NCBI GenBank assembly: GCA_013239625.1
Contig: MU054187.1
Span: 24,864,433-24,928,432, forward strand
Length of the DNA stretch: 64,000 nucleotides
DNA from: Lama guanicoe
Lineage: Eukaryota
Direction: 5' to 3'
Made by a program: the position numbers and the translations under genes. The notes beneath the pieces are model-generated. The model worked only from the letters and a program-made list of their open reading frames with translations. It had not been told where the DNA came from and searched no databases. Shown in pieces: positions 1 through 12,886 of the stretch (position 1 is its first letter; every line of letters begins with the position of its first letter).

Positions 1-66
1 GAAAGCTAGAATATCTATTTATTTAAGGGCAAAGGTCTTTTTCCTCCTTTGCAAACTTCAACCTAC

Positions 67-143
67 CAATCCAGCCTTCTTCCGCGCCTGCTGGAGCTCT
101 TGAATCAAGTTCTGAAGCTCTTTTCCTTCCAGGTAACCACTTC
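67..143 (-). CDS. CALB1: Calbindin-D28k exon 2 ([26 protein letters not shown])
   Basis: TTTTTACAG acceptor with AG at 145-144, a 77-nt exon, and a GTAGGT donor at 66-61. 79+77=156 nt keeps the frame and completes the EF-hand loop [12 protein letters not shown]. The gene continues off the left edge of the window. Confidence 0.97.
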
Positions 144-665
144 CTGTAAAAACAAAGAGGCACCCAGGTGTCAGACATCTCATTCTGAGTTTCTTCCCCG
201 TCCGATTTCCACAACAGCCATCTTTCTGGCCACCGGAGAGGTTCTCTCTTGCCTCGGTATCGATTAACCCTCAAAGGATACAGAGGCGGCTGAACTCCCC
301 TCCCGGGGTGTCAAAATTTAGACCCACTAAGGGCAAAGGAGGATGACTGGGATGCTCAGCGCAGCTGTAGAAACTTTGAGGGAGGCAGAAAGCCTCAATC
401 CCTGCGTTCTTGCTCCCCCCATCTTTCTACTAGTACCATTCTTGGAGAAAAAAGATTAAGGTTTAGGGATAACATAGAAACAGTAAATTAACTTTAAAAT
501 TGATGGTTGGCAGCCAGCCAGAGAGAGATTAGGGAGGTGTGGGAAGAAGTAAAGAAAAGAAATGAGGGCTAATCGGATCAGGAGTCTCATGGAAGGGGAA
601 AAGGTGGGAAAGGGCAGGGTCGAGATCCTTCAAACAGTTAAAAAAAAAAAAAAGAGGATAATCAC
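144..665 (-). other. CALB1: CALB1 intron 1 (522 bp, GT-AG)
   Basis: Lies between the two exons, with canonical GT and AG ends. Confidence 0.95.
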
Positions 666-744
666 CGTCAGCGTCGAAATGAAGCCAGATCTCGAAAAAC
701 TGTGAAGCTGAGATCAGGGATGACTGCAGGTGCGATTCTGCCAT
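666..744 (-). CDS. CALB1: Calbindin-D28k, coding part of exon 1 ([27 protein letters not shown])
   Basis: ATG at 744-742 in a good Kozak context (ACAATGG). The translation matches the known calbindin-1 N-terminus/EF-hand 1. It spans 79 nt, followed by a GTGATT donor starting at 665. Confidence 0.97.
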
Positions 745-828
745 TGTACAGCGGAGTGTGTGTCTGCGTGTGTGAATATGTGTGCGTGAGTGTGTCAGGG
801 CGAGAGTGGGGTGAGAAAGAACCGCAGG

Positions 829-875
829 GTGTGTGTTTGTGTGTGTGTATGTGTGTGTGTGCGCGCGCGCGTGTG
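829..875. repeat. (GT)n-(GC)5-(GT) compound microsatellite in the 5' UTR; a second degenerate GT tract lies at ~756-795
   Basis: Directly visible. Confidence 0.9.
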
Positions 876-915
876 AAGATGAAATTCTGCGCTGCTGGAG
901 GAAGAGCAGGGCGCG

Positions 916-936
916 GGCGCTGTCCTCGGTGCTGCT
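916..936 (-). promoter_or_regulatory. RE1/NRSE (REST binding site) in the CALB1 5' UTR
   Basis: Minus strand AGCAGCACCGAGGACAGCGCC versus consensus TTCAGCACCACGGACAGCGCC. Both half-sites (CAGCACC, GGACAG) are intact with the 2-bp spacer. Confidence 0.85.
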
Positions 937-990
937 CAGCTCAGGCGGTCCTCCGGAGTTCTCTCTCCACACCCGGCACCCAGTGCTCAG

Positions 991-997
991 TATTTAT
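991..997 (-). promoter_or_regulatory. TATA-like box ATAAATA of the CALB1 promoter
   Basis: Only AT-rich motif in a GC-rich promoter, ~30 bp upstream of the inferred TSS. Confidence 0.75.
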
Positions 998-1010
998 CCT
1001 GACAGCCGGG

Positions 1011-1020
1011 CCACGCCTCC
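1011..1020 (-). promoter_or_regulatory. Sp/KLF GT/GC box GGAGGCGTGG
   Basis: Motif ~15-25 bp upstream of the TATA-like box, followed upstream by a purine-rich tract (1021-1100). Confidence 0.55.
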
Positions 1021-2444
1021 TCCTGCCTCCGATTCCTCACTCCCTCCTCTTGCTCGCACCAACCTTCTCCCCCTCCCTTCCAGTTTCCCCCTCTCCTCCC
1101 TGGAAAGCTAGCTGGAGCAGCAGTTTTTTGGAGTGTAGGGAGCAGCAGGTGGTGGGAAATCCTTAGCTCAAAGACTGAGTGCTGAAAATAGACTCTTTTC
1201 CCTCCACATTCTTCTGTCCAGAAGGTATCTTCTTCCTAAATATTATAGTAAAATAACGTACTTGAAGAATTTTTGATTTTCAGATGGAAGAGGAAAGCTA
1301 ATGAAGGGTAGAACCACATAAATGATATTTATATTGCATGTGCTATGTGTGTGATTTCTCTAAGATATTTTAGTGTTTGTTTGAAAACAGCCAGGTGAAA
1401 GTTTGGCAAATATTAGATTACTGTGATTACTTTGATTAATGTATACAATCTACTTATATAAATAACTATTCTATTTTGTGCTTGTGGGGACCATCATATG
1501 AATGTTTCTTAAGATGGCTTATATAAACAAGCCTTTACCAACATGAGAAAGCAGGACTATGTTTTTTTTTTTAACTTGTAGTAGAATTATAACTGGAAAG
1601 TGACAGAACTAAACTACAAAATCATAAAATGATAGGAGAAGGAAGTGATCTTTACAGATACTATGGTTTATCTCTGAGTTTAGAAAGAGCGAGCAAACTA
1701 AAACAAAGAGAAACCAAGGATCTGGACCAAGTTCATATCTATGTGAATTAGTGACCCCAGCCAAGGCCCTTCTCAGTGACTGTAACACACATCTCTCTCC
1801 TTTTTGCTGTGCTAAGCAATTCTTATTAAAGAATTTTTCAGAAACTGGAAGTTACCGTCAGAGTTGGAAAAAAAACCTAACTGAACACGTGTTATGTATT
1901 TTAATATAATAAATGATGTATTAGATGATTTATTGTTTACTTCTAAAGTATTTGGTTTTGAATATTTTGAAACTTTAAGTTCTCCTGAAGATGCATCTTA
2001 AGTGTCTGATTAGAATGGTAAAAAAAGCCAGTTGGAGGAACAAGAGAAATTTCAAATACAGCCAATATAAACTTAAAGTGAATTAAAGTGAATTTAGCAA
2101 GCTCTGTTTTTAAGCTTGTGTAACTGAGTGTGAGAACCCTGAATTTTACGTTTCTGAGGCTATAACTCTACCTAATAAGGGATTTGTGAAGCTTTTAATG
2201 TATAACCTTTTCAGAGACCCATCATTTCAAAGCTGGCCTATTTTAATAATCTTCTCAATGGAGTTCTCACTTTCATAGTACTTGAAGTACACAAATTATT
2301 TTCACTTTGTATGATTCTCACATTTAGTCTCTGAGGCTGCTCTGCAGAGCAATACTTCTATTAACATTTTACACAAGAGACAAATAACTGTATTCTTGGA
2401 CTAAACAGGCATTCACTAAACATTTAGTTATTTATACTTTTATT

Positions 2445-2620
2445 TATCCAATGAACATTTATTAGTACTTATTATGTCAAGCACTAGACACTGGGAAACA
2501 ATGAGATAAAAGACATGGTGCCTGCCTTATTGAAACTTGGACTATGGGCATACAGTGACATACACACACATGACATAGTGGATATAATGGAGGTGTGCAC
2601 AAGCTACTATGAATGTGTAA
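2445..2620 (-). mobile_element. L2 3' end remnant
   Basis: catttattagtacttattatgtcaagcactag...gacatggtgcctgcc, typical of an L2 tail read in reverse. Confidence 0.6.
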
Positions 2621-3120
2621 GACTCCTAATTTTTCTGCATGTGTGAGAGTTGAAGCTTAAGTTGTCTAACTTTGCTTAGATAACAAGCACAGAGGAAGTT
2701 CTGTTTCATGGTGGGCACTGTTGCTTGTAAGGAGAAATGGTCATGGGAATGGACTGTAATTCTTGAAAGACTAATCCTCATCCAGTCTGGTCTGCCACTA
2801 TATTAGCAGCAGGAACTTTGTATGAAAAAATATGGTATGTGAACTAGGAAGCAAATGCTAGAGGGTAAACTTCAAGGAGAGGGTGAGAAAGCATTGACTA
2901 TAGAATGATTTGTGGAAGAACTCTGACCTTTCTATTCTTAAGAGCTAACAATGTGCCTAGACTATAAATTCTAAGAGAAGTTCTAAGAGAAAAGAAAAAA
3001 TGCCAGGAAAAAAAATGAAAGAACATGATTTGAATAAAACAATGAAAAGAAGACTAACATTTCTATTATTTTTGGTAATTACAACTAATTTTCTTCCCAA
3101 ACATCTCCTGAATCCCCAAA

Positions 3121-3164
3121 CGTGTGTGCGCGCGTGTGCACACACACACACACACACGCACACA
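3121..3164. repeat. (GT)/(GC)/(CA)n alternating purine-pyrimidine microsatellite
   Basis: cgtgtgtgcgcgcgtgtgcacacacacacacacacacgcacaca. Confidence 0.9.
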
Positions 3165-5474
3165 GAGGCATAAATGGTTCCACCACAACTTTTTTTTAGA
3201 ATATAATTTTAAGTGTCAAGAATATTATATGAAAACTTTAAAAAATTTAAGATTTATATAAAAAGCTACCTCTTGTGCATTTCACTTTGCTGAAACTAAG
3301 AAGACTCCAGAATTTCCATGTAGCGTTGTTTAGATGTGATTTGTTTAGGGTAGGAAAGCAAGCACATTCTTTTCACTCTTCATGCTTCAGTGCAGTGGCT
3401 TTTGAGGGAACTAATTCAGGTTATGAAGAAATAAAGCCCCCTTTCAAGTCACCTCTTAGTGTTGTCACTACCCTGAGCAGTCAGTATTAAGACCTCCATG
3501 CTTTAACAAACATGCGAATACACACATACGGGTTTTTTTTAATTGGTTTCACAGAAAAGAGACTATATTCTGTACATTACTCTGTAACTTTTTTATTATT
3601 AATTGAAGGACATCCCTCCAATATTAACATCAACATCTAATTAATACATTTTTACAGTCAAATAATATTTTTATTGATTAACTATAATTACAGACATTAA
3701 GGCTATTTCTAGTTTTTTTTTCCTGACAAACAATGCTGCCACAAACATCTTTATCCATGTATCTTAGATACACGTGTTTTTTATTACAGCAGGACAGAGT
3801 CCCAAAAAGTAGTTCTAGTTCAGAAGTGTGCATACTTTAAATTTTAATACACATTTCCAGATTATTTCCCCAATTTGTAGGAACTCATATGAAGAAAGTC
3901 TAAAGATGACTTAACCTCATTAGCTATGAATATTATTGCCTTTTAAATTTTGTGCTAATCTAACAGGTAAAAAATCCGTTATTAGTCTCCCTTAATTTGC
4001 ATTCACTATTAATTCTTAAAACTTACCTTTTGGTTTTCTAAGGTGAGATTTTTATCATATATATATCTAATAGCAGAAATATAATTCAATAGAAAATATT
4101 TTTTCCTTGAAACTATTATCGGCATACTGTTCCAGACTGTTACCTAATCGTACCTACAATACCTCTTTTCAGACTATTTTCAGCCATTTCTAGATTAAAT
4201 TCTACTTTATGCTACCAGTAAAGAAGTGTATGTTTTACATAGATTTGAAGTAAATTTACAAATACTTCTCATAACTACCTTCAAATCCTTTGATTCCTTA
4301 TTTAAGGTAGGAAGGTTGTCTTAAGTTCATGGGAATCCTTTCATTTCTAGGATTCTTGAAGAACTACAAATGTTTTTAATAATGAGAAAGATTTTTCCAT
4401 AAGATTGGAGTTTCTAAAAACAGCATTGCAAAGCATTTTTATGACTTGCTTTATATGCATCATTACCCAACAGTAAGGTGAATGGGCTCATGATCCAATA
4501 TTGTCATAAAAATAGAAGCAATTTGTTTGCAAAAAAATCCCCAGGGTAATTAAAATGCATTTCCCATTTCATGGTACTGAATTACCATATCTCCATTCAT
4601 ATTAAGGCTACTGCTGTCCCAACTCACTATGCAAATTGGAAGACTGAACTTCCCAGGTTTAATGAATGCTTACTTAACCTCCATTTAGAAAGGAAAACTC
4701 CCAGAAATCTTTTACTATGGGTCCAATTGCTTGCAGAATGTGACAAATCACTATCTCTTAGCATCATAGCCCCTCATAGAAGTGTCCTTAATAGATGAAT
4801 CAAGCCTTCTGGGAGGAGTTCATTGTTTTACTTGCTTGTGTTCTCGGCAAGGTACCCGATCAGCATCATTTTGTCATTTGATGCAATGTCCCAAAGATTG
4901 AAGAACTTACATAGATTCAGTCACAGAGAATTCTATACTCTGGGCTGGCTAGGCAACAATTGGAAAGAACTATATTTCAGTCTGAGTGCCACAAGCTTTT
5001 CAAAAAGGAATGATCGAATGTTGCTTAGATGGGGGACAGTAGAATGTCTTGGAAACAATGATACGTGGCAAATTGTGGAATGAAATGGGGAAATTTGGCT
5101 TGGAGAAGAAGCTGCCTTGCAAGTGTTTGCAAGGCTTACATATGGAAGATGGAGCAGACTTTATCAGAAGACACCAGAGGTGGATTTTAGTGCCATTTAA
5201 ACAGATATCTATCAATTTGAGCTCTTCTACAAGGATGGACACCGCTGGATAGGTGGCACAGTTTCTCCATGAGAAAACTCATTCACTTACTCAAAAATAT
5301 TTATTGACTACAATATATTTTTCAAGGGCTAGCATGGTGAAGAAGAAAGTTTCTGCCCTCGTGAAAGTTACAGTTTAGCAGGAAAGAATGTGAAAGTCAA
5401 ATGGCAAGCAGTGAGAGGAGATACATGCACTGGGGGCGTTTTGACTTTATAACTTCTGTGATCCTTCCAAACAT

Positions 5475-5642
5475 TTTTTTTGTATATATATGTTTTTATT
5501 GAAATATAGTCAGTTTACAATGTTGTGTCAATTTCTGGTGTACAGCATAATGCTTCAGGCACACGTGAACATACATATATTCATTTTCATGTTCTTTTTC
5601 ACCAGAAGTTACTACAAGATATTGATTGAATATAGTTCCCTG
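5475..5642 (-). mobile_element. Short 5'-truncated lineage-specific L1 3' end
   Basis: ttattgaaatatagtcagtttacaatgttgtgtcaatttctggtgtacagc, shared with many L1 tails in the window. Confidence 0.8.
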
Positions 5643-6310
5643 CCAACTCTTCAGTTCTATAATTTTGTGACTCTGCTTGGTCTGGTGTGTTTGTGATAGG
5701 TAGTGTGCATTTACAAAATAGATATCCATTGAGAAGTACAGACTGTGGCCTTGAGCAGAAATGACTTTCTTGGTGACTAACTGTCCTACTTAAGATAATT
5801 TTAAAGTCCTTGGCCTCACTAAACCCATTATCTAATCTCCTGAGTTACAAACACTAGTAAATAGGGCTACAAATATTTTTGTTTACATTAATTGTATTTT
5901 CACTTTTTCAAAGACATAGAATCCTTTGTTTTATGGAGAGGAAGAGATCTAAAACATGAAAAGCAGATTTTCCAAGTTTTTTTTCTTTAGAGTAGATATC
6001 TAAGATCATCAGCCTTCTTCAATTTCCATCAGTCATAAAATTCATTTTCTTCACATTTTACAATCTCCGATATTGTGATATATCTTACAATCATTGCTCT
6101 ACAATGGGCAAATTGGTACATGATAATCATATACCTTAAACCAATGGTGTATTAAAACTGAAACTTGTTAATTCCCTTCAAAAATTTCCATGGCTACCCA
6201 GTTAACATGAAGAATAGAATTTAAATTTCTCAGCCTGGAATCAAGAGACCTACACAATATATTTTCAGCCTTATTTCCTGTACCGTTCCCATAATATGCA
6301 ACTTCCAGCC

Positions 6311-6312
6311 AC

Positions 6313-6343
<31 letters not shown>

Positions 6344-6400
6344 ACCAAAAAAACAAAACAACAAAAACAACAAAAATAACCCCCACCCCCAACCCCCAAA
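6311..6400. repeat. (CAAAA)n repeat followed by C-runs
   Basis: Directly visible. Confidence 0.85.
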
Positions 6401-7019
6401 CCACTTGCATACTTGCAGGGTGCCTTTGCTCATGTATTCTCCTATTTCTGGGAAATCTGTCTTTCTCTTTCTTCAGCTATTTCTCCACTGGAGCTTCCTA
6501 CAGGTTTAGGTATTGCCAGGTTGCTCTCTCTTGGTCCTTTACAAAGAGATAATACTTCTTTCTTTTGAGTCACTTTGAGTAGCTTACTGTTCTCTATCTT
6601 CTCTGCTGGGCCTCTCAACTGGATTATGCAGTTATTTATAAAGTGGTCTTAAAGGCCCAGATAAAAGGAACTATATTCGGCTAATAACAGGCAGGAAATT
6701 GATCACATCTTGATTTTAATCTGAATTAATACAAGACTTAGAAGAAAGCCATTATGTGTTAATATCTTTGAATGTATAATTGTACTTTTTTCCCCAATAG
6801 ACTTTTGTAACATTTACAAGTATGAAAGGGAAAGTTCTCATCAATACGTGCAATGAATATATGCAATGAATCAGTACATACAATGGATTAAAAAGTTAGC
6901 CTTTAAAAAACGTAATAGGAAATTGAAAATGGGTAACAATGAAACAAGTACGTACCGTTCAAGAATTTCAGAGTTATTAACCAAGTCTGGTGTCTGACTT
7001 CTTTTTAGAATCATCTCTT

Positions 7020-7430
7020 TCTAGCACACTTGCCCTGTTATATTCTGTGCCCTAGCTACACTGAATCCTTTTTAGTTCTTCAAGACTCTCTTTTTCTCTC
7101 CAGGGCATTTGCACATACGGTTTCTGCTTCCTGGACCACCTTCATGCACTCTCCTAGCTGGGCCAACTCCTGATCATCACTTGGGACTGAAATTAAATGT
7201 CCGTTTTTAAAGAAGATCCTCTCTAAATTTTCTCCCAGTTTATATAACCTTGCTATATGCTCAGAAAGCACCTTGTGTACTTAATCCTAATACCTGTCAC
7301 TCTAACTTTTAACATCTCTCTTTTTTTTTCCCACCAGATTCTAAGTTCCCTCTGGACAGGGACCAAGCCTATCTTTTCTTCATTGTTTCATAAGTACTTG
7401 ACACATAGTACGTAATCACTAGATATTTAA
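7020..7430 (+). mobile_element. L2 remnant
   Basis: ccagggcatttgcacatacggtttctgcttcctgg and ttctaagttccctctggacagggacc...gacacatagtacgtaatcactagatatt. Confidence 0.6.
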
Positions 7431-7984
7431 AAACATAAGTTATTAAATACAGATAAAAGTGTAAGGGTTCTTAATTAAGGATCTGAACATTCAATACATT
7501 ATATATTTCTTATATTCTGCCTTTCTGAGATCTAAATTCAAAGGAGGATAGACAAGAGGGGAGAGGATCATGGGAAAAAAGCATACTAAATTACTCAAGG
7601 CAAATGTGAAAACTAATTAAAGTAAATAGCTGTAGGGAAGTATGGCTAAAAATACTCAGGGATATTAAAGCCACAAAATTCACATCCCAGATTGGACTCA
7701 TTATATTCTAACCCTCCCCTCATCAATGTGCTCTTGTTCTGTATTTCACATTTTTGTTAATGGCTATTCAGTCCCCCAAGTCACAGGTCTAGGAGTCTGG
7801 ATTTTCCTGCCTACACTTCCAACTGGTTTTATTCCAAAATAATAAAATTCTCTCTTTCCCCCACCCAAAGCCACTCTTTTGTTCAGCTGACATACTGCAG
7901 CCAAGTCAGTTCTTGGACTATTATAAAAGCCTCTTAGATGGTCCCCTGCCTCTATTCTGGATGCCTTCTCTACTTAATTCTTCT

Positions 7985-9220
7985 TTTACAAAACAGCTTT
8001 ATAGAGGTATAGTTACCATACAATAAACTGCACATATTTATAGTGTACAATTCGACAAGTTTTGACACATCGATTACTCTTGTGAAACCATCACCACAAT
8101 CAAGATAGCGAACATATCCACCACCTCAAAAATTTCCTCATGCCTCTTTATGACCCTTTCTTATCTTCCATCCCTTCTGGCTGCCTCTTACCCATCCACT
8201 CCAGGCAACTACGGATCTGCTTTATGCCGCTATAAATCAGTTAGCATTTTTAGGATTTGTGTAAATGAAATCATACAATACACATTCTTTTTGTTTGGCT
8301 TCTTTCATTCAGCTTAATTATTTTGAGATTCATTTGTGTTGCTATGTATATAAATAGCTCTTTCTTTATTGCTGAGTAGTATTCCATGCATGGATACACC
8401 ACACTTTGTCCATTCACCTGGTAATATTCACTTGGTTTGTTTAAGTTTTGGCCTTGACAAATAAAGCTGTTATGGACATCCATGCCTGGTAGTTTTTATT
8501 GGATTCCAGACATTGTAAATTTTACCTTGTTGGGTATCGCATATTTTTGTATTCATATACATATTCTTGAACACTTGTAGGACTGAGTTAGTATTATGGG
8601 AAACAGTTTAAACTGTTTGGGTCATTCTTGTAAAACCAGAGCAGTCTTTAGTCTAAGGCTAATTATTCCCCACTACCGAGTCCCTCCTGTGTGCTCTACC
8701 CAATGCCCCAAGAATCGTGAGATTCTCCAGTCTACCTGGTGGAAACAGGCACTATTCCCAGCCATGTGAGAGTGATGAATATTCCTTTTTCTCATCCTTT
8801 CTGGTGGTTTCTTCCAAGCCTTGGTTAGTCTCCTCACACACATGTACTGGTCAGTACTTAGCTGAAAATTCTAGGAAGACCTTCTGTAGATTTCAGAGCT
8901 CTCTCTCTGTGCAGATTTCTTCTCTTTGGTGCTCTTGGCTGTGAACGTGATCCACATTGTGCTCCGCAGACTCTTGGCATTGTCTCCGGAAGACTGGAAG
9001 ACTGCTGGACTCTACCTGGATTCCTCATCCCTGTGCCGTGAACTAGGAACCTTCTGAAGGCAGTAAGCTCATCTCATTTGTTTCCTGTCTTTTGCTGCTT
9101 GATCTCTGTTGTCTTGAAAACTATTGTTTCATATATTTTGTACATTTTTTCTGTTTTCTGCAGGCGTGTGTGTATAAATTTGGTTCTTGTTGCTCCATCT
9201 TGACCAGAAGTGGAAATCCT
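7985..9220 (-). mobile_element. Old L1 (L1MB/MC-like) 3' end plus adjoining older L1 fragment
   Basis: agctttatagaggtatagttaccatacaataaactgcacatattta...gagtagtattccatg...ataaagctgttatggacatc. Confidence 0.7.
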
Positions 9221-9429
9221 CTAATTCATTATTTATGATGTTGATAAAGTGTTCTTTCTAAAGGCCTTTCATTTAGTGGCTTTTCATTGTATGGCATTAT
9301 GCTATCCTCTGTAATTTCACTTTGCCCTCCTTTACAAGGTCTCTCAGTGTTCATTTTTTCTTTCCCTAGTTTTTCAGCTATGTTGAATTACTTGCTTTTC
9401 CTTCAACACTCTATGCTTTGCATATTTTT

Positions 9430-10636
9430 AAAATTGAAGTACAGTCAATTACAATGTGTCAGTTTCTGGTGTACAGTACAATATCCCAGTCTTGCATATA
9501 CATACATATATTCATTTTTATATTTTTTCCACAAGATATTGAGTGTAGTTCCCTGTGCTATGCAAAAGAAACTTTTTTAAAATATATTTTTAGATAAGGT
9601 GGCTAACATTTATAAATATCAAACTCCCAAATTTATCCCCTCCCACCTCCTTTCCCTGGTAACCATAAGGTTGTTTACTAAGTCTGAGAATCTGTTTCTG
9701 TTTTGTAGATGAGTTCACCGTGTGCTTTTTGTTTGCTTGTTTGTTTTTAGATTCCACTTATGAGTGATATCATAGGGTATTTTTCTTTCTCTTTCTGGCT
9801 TACTTCACTTAGAATGATGATCTGTAGGTCCATCCATGTTACTGCAAATGGCATTATTTTATTCCTTTTTATGGCTGAGTGGTATTCCATTGTATAAATA
9901 TACCACAGCTTCTTTATCCAGTCATCTGTTGATGGATGTTTAGGTTGGTTCCGTATCTTGGCTATTGTATATAGTGCTGCTGTGAACACTGGGGTGCATC
10001 TATCTTTTCACATTAGAGTTCCCTCCGGATATATACCCAGAAATGGGATTGCTGGATCATATGCTAAGCCTATTTTTAGTTTTTTGAAAAATCTCCATAC
10101 TGTTTTCCATAATGGTTGTACCCAATGAAATTCCCACCAAAAGTGTAGGAGGGTTCCCTTTCCTCCATACCGACTCCAGCATTTATCATTTGTGGACTTT
10201 GGAATGATGGCCATTCTGACTGGCGTAAGGTGGTACCTCGTAGTTTTGATTTGCATTTCTCTGATAATTAGTGATATTGAGCATTTTTTTCACGTGCCAT
10301 TTGTATGTCTTCATTGGAGAAATGCATGTTTAGGTCCTCTGCCCATTTTTGGATTGGGTTGTTTGAGGGTTTTTTTTGTGTAAGTTGTATGAGCTGTTTA
10401 TACGTTCTGGAAATTAGTCCCTTGTCAGTCACATCATTTGCAAATATTTCCTCCGATTCTGGGGTTGTCATTTTGCTTTGCTTATGGTTTCCTTTGTTGT
10501 GCAAAAGCTTATGAGTTTAATTAGGTCCCATTTGTTTATTTTTGCTCTAATTTCCATTGCCTGGGTAGGTTGCTCTAAGAGAACATTGCTAAGATTTATG
10601 TCAAAGAATGTTTTGCCTGTGTTTTCTTCTAGGAGA
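9430..10636 (-). mobile_element. 5'-truncated young L1 (ORF2 C-terminus + 3' UTR) with 18-bp TSD
   Basis: ORF2 C-terminal peptides [18 protein letters not shown] and [14 protein letters not shown] tatgctttgcatattttt at 9412-9429 and 10637-10654. Confidence 0.93.
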
Positions 10637-11006
10637 TATGCTTTGCATATTTTTTGTCTGTCATTTTCTCTCCTTCTAATCCTCCAGGATTAAGAATCAC
10701 TATTTCTTGAGCTTTTTTGACCTTTCCTTTTATTGTTCAGAACTGATCATTCTTTTCTTTGTACTTCCACTAATACTTTACTGACTTTTGTTATAAAATA
10801 CATTATACTGTTATAATGATTGCATTGTACCTCCTTCTTGTACATTAGTCCCTGGAGACAGAAATGAGGTCTTTATTTTTTGCCTCCTCAGTGTCAAACA
10901 CTGTGCCTGGATCATAATGAACATTAAATAAATTGTTAGTTAAATTGATACAGAGTTGGAATACTGTATATAAAGTCTACAAGGAAGGACAAACAAACTT
11001 CTAGTG

Positions 11007-11185
11007 CAGTGATTCTCAACCATTCACTGCACATTTCAATCACCTGAAAAACCTTTTTTAAAAAGTTCCTGATGCCCAGATCCTAAGAATATAAAATAAA
11101 AGTATCAGACAATAGGTCCCAAGCATGAGTATATCTTTAAACTACACAGGTGATTCAAATATACAACCAAGGTTGAAGAACTCTG
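11007..11185. mobile_element. hAT-Charlie MITE (MER5A-like)
   Basis: Terminal inverted repeats cagtgattctcaacc ... ggttgaagaactctg, with internal aatcacctg/caggtgatt. Confidence 0.75.
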
Positions 11186-12310
11186 CTTATTTAGCATTTT
11201 TAAAGGCTTTATTGAAACATACCATAAAGTTCACCCACTGTTAGTGTATAATTCAGTGATTCTTAATGAATTTATAGAGTGTAAGACTACCACCTCAATA
11301 CAGTTTTAGAACATTTCCCCTACCTCCTGAATTTATCTTAAGCCTGTTGTAAATCTCTGCTTCCACTCCACCAGCCCCAGGCAACCAGTCATCTGCATTT
11401 GTTTTTATAAATTTCTCTTTCGTGACATCTCATATAAATGGAATCATACAGTGTGTAGTCTTTTGAATTTGGCTTCTAATGCTCTTGAGGTTCAAGCCTG
11501 TTGTAGTGTGTGTCAATATTTCTTTCCTTTTTTCTTGCTGAGTAGTATCCCATTGTATGGATGCAGAGCATTTTATTTGTTCATTTATAGATAGTAGACA
11601 TTTGGATTGTTTCCGGTTACAGATGGTTGTGAATAAGGCAGCTCTAAACAATCATACACGAAACTGTGCAGGCATATTTTTCTAATTTGCCTTGGGTAGA
11701 TTCTTAGGAATAGAACTGCAGAACCATGTAGATTTAACTTTTTGAGAAACTTCAGAATGGCTGTATCATTTATATTTACATTCCCGTTAGCAATGCGTGA
11801 AGATTTTAGTTTTTTCCATATTGTCACAAGCAGCTGTTGTTGTCTGTCTTTTTTATTATAGCCATTCCAATTAGTGTGTAATGGTATCTCACTGTGGTTT
11901 TAATTTGCGTTTTCGTCATGTTTAGTGATTTTATGCATCTTTCATGTTCTTCTTAGTCAGTCAGGTATCTACTTGGGTGAAATGTCTATTCAAAATTTTG
12001 TTCTTTTGTAAATTTGATTGTCTTCCTGTTAAGTGTATACTGTATACAAGTCCATTACCAGATATATGATGGACAATTATTTCATTTCAGTCCCTCTTGC
12101 CTTTTTATTTTGTCAGTGGTGTCTCTTGAAGTGCAAGTGTTTAACGTTTTAATGAAATTTAATTTATTTTTTTCTTTTCTTGTTTACTTTTTGGGATTGT
12201 ACGTAAGAGATGTTTGCTACGACAAGGTCATACAAATTTTCTCCAAGGGTATTATCTTTTAGATCTTAAATTCTGATTCTTACATTTAGGTCTATAATCC
12301 TTTTGAGTTA

Positions 12311-12886
12311 TTTTTCTCAAATTGAGGTATAATTGACAAATAACACTATGTTAACTGTAGGTGTACAGCATCATGATTTAATATTTGTGAAACTTAATAT
12401 TTGTGAAATGATTACCACAATAAGTCTAGTTAACAGCCATCATCATACAAAAGTTTTTTCTTGTGATGAGAACTTTTAAGAACTCTTAGTAACTTTCAAA
12501 AAAGCAATACAATATTATTAATTAGAGTCACCATACTGTACATTACATTGCCAGGGCTTATTTATTTTATAACTGGAAGTTCGTAACTTTTGACCTGCTT
12601 CACCCATTTCGCCCCATCCCCATTCCCCTCACCTCTGTCAAGAACCAACCTGTTCTCTGTATCTATGAGCTTGGTTTTTTGTTTGTTTGTCTATTTTTGT
12701 TTTATATTACACATATAATTAAGACCTTTACAGTATTTGTCTTTCTCAGCCTGACATACTTCATTTAGCATAATGCTGTCAATGTCCATCCATGTTGTCG
12801 CAAATGGTAAGATTTCCTTTTTTATGACTGAAAAATACTCCCATATATATACCACATCTTTTCCTGTTCATTCACTGATGGACATT
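12311..12886 (-). mobile_element. Nested L1 3' end with 11-bp TSD
   Basis: TSD cttttgagtta at 12300-12310 and 12887-12897; L1MA-type 3' UTR. Confidence 0.85.

Larger units (their letters stand above)
745..966 (-). other. CALB1: CALB1 5' UTR (TSS approximate, ~965)
   Basis: Begins ~25-30 nt downstream of ATAAATA with AGAGAACTCCGGAGGAC, resembling the mammalian CALB1 mRNA start as I recall it. No upstream ATG. Confidence 0.7.

Noticed and set aside
529..1166. 147-aa and 154-aa ORFs over the CALB1 5' end as separate proteins
   Set aside because: Only 666-744 is supported coding sequence; the rest is UTR, intron read-through or antisense microsatellite translation.
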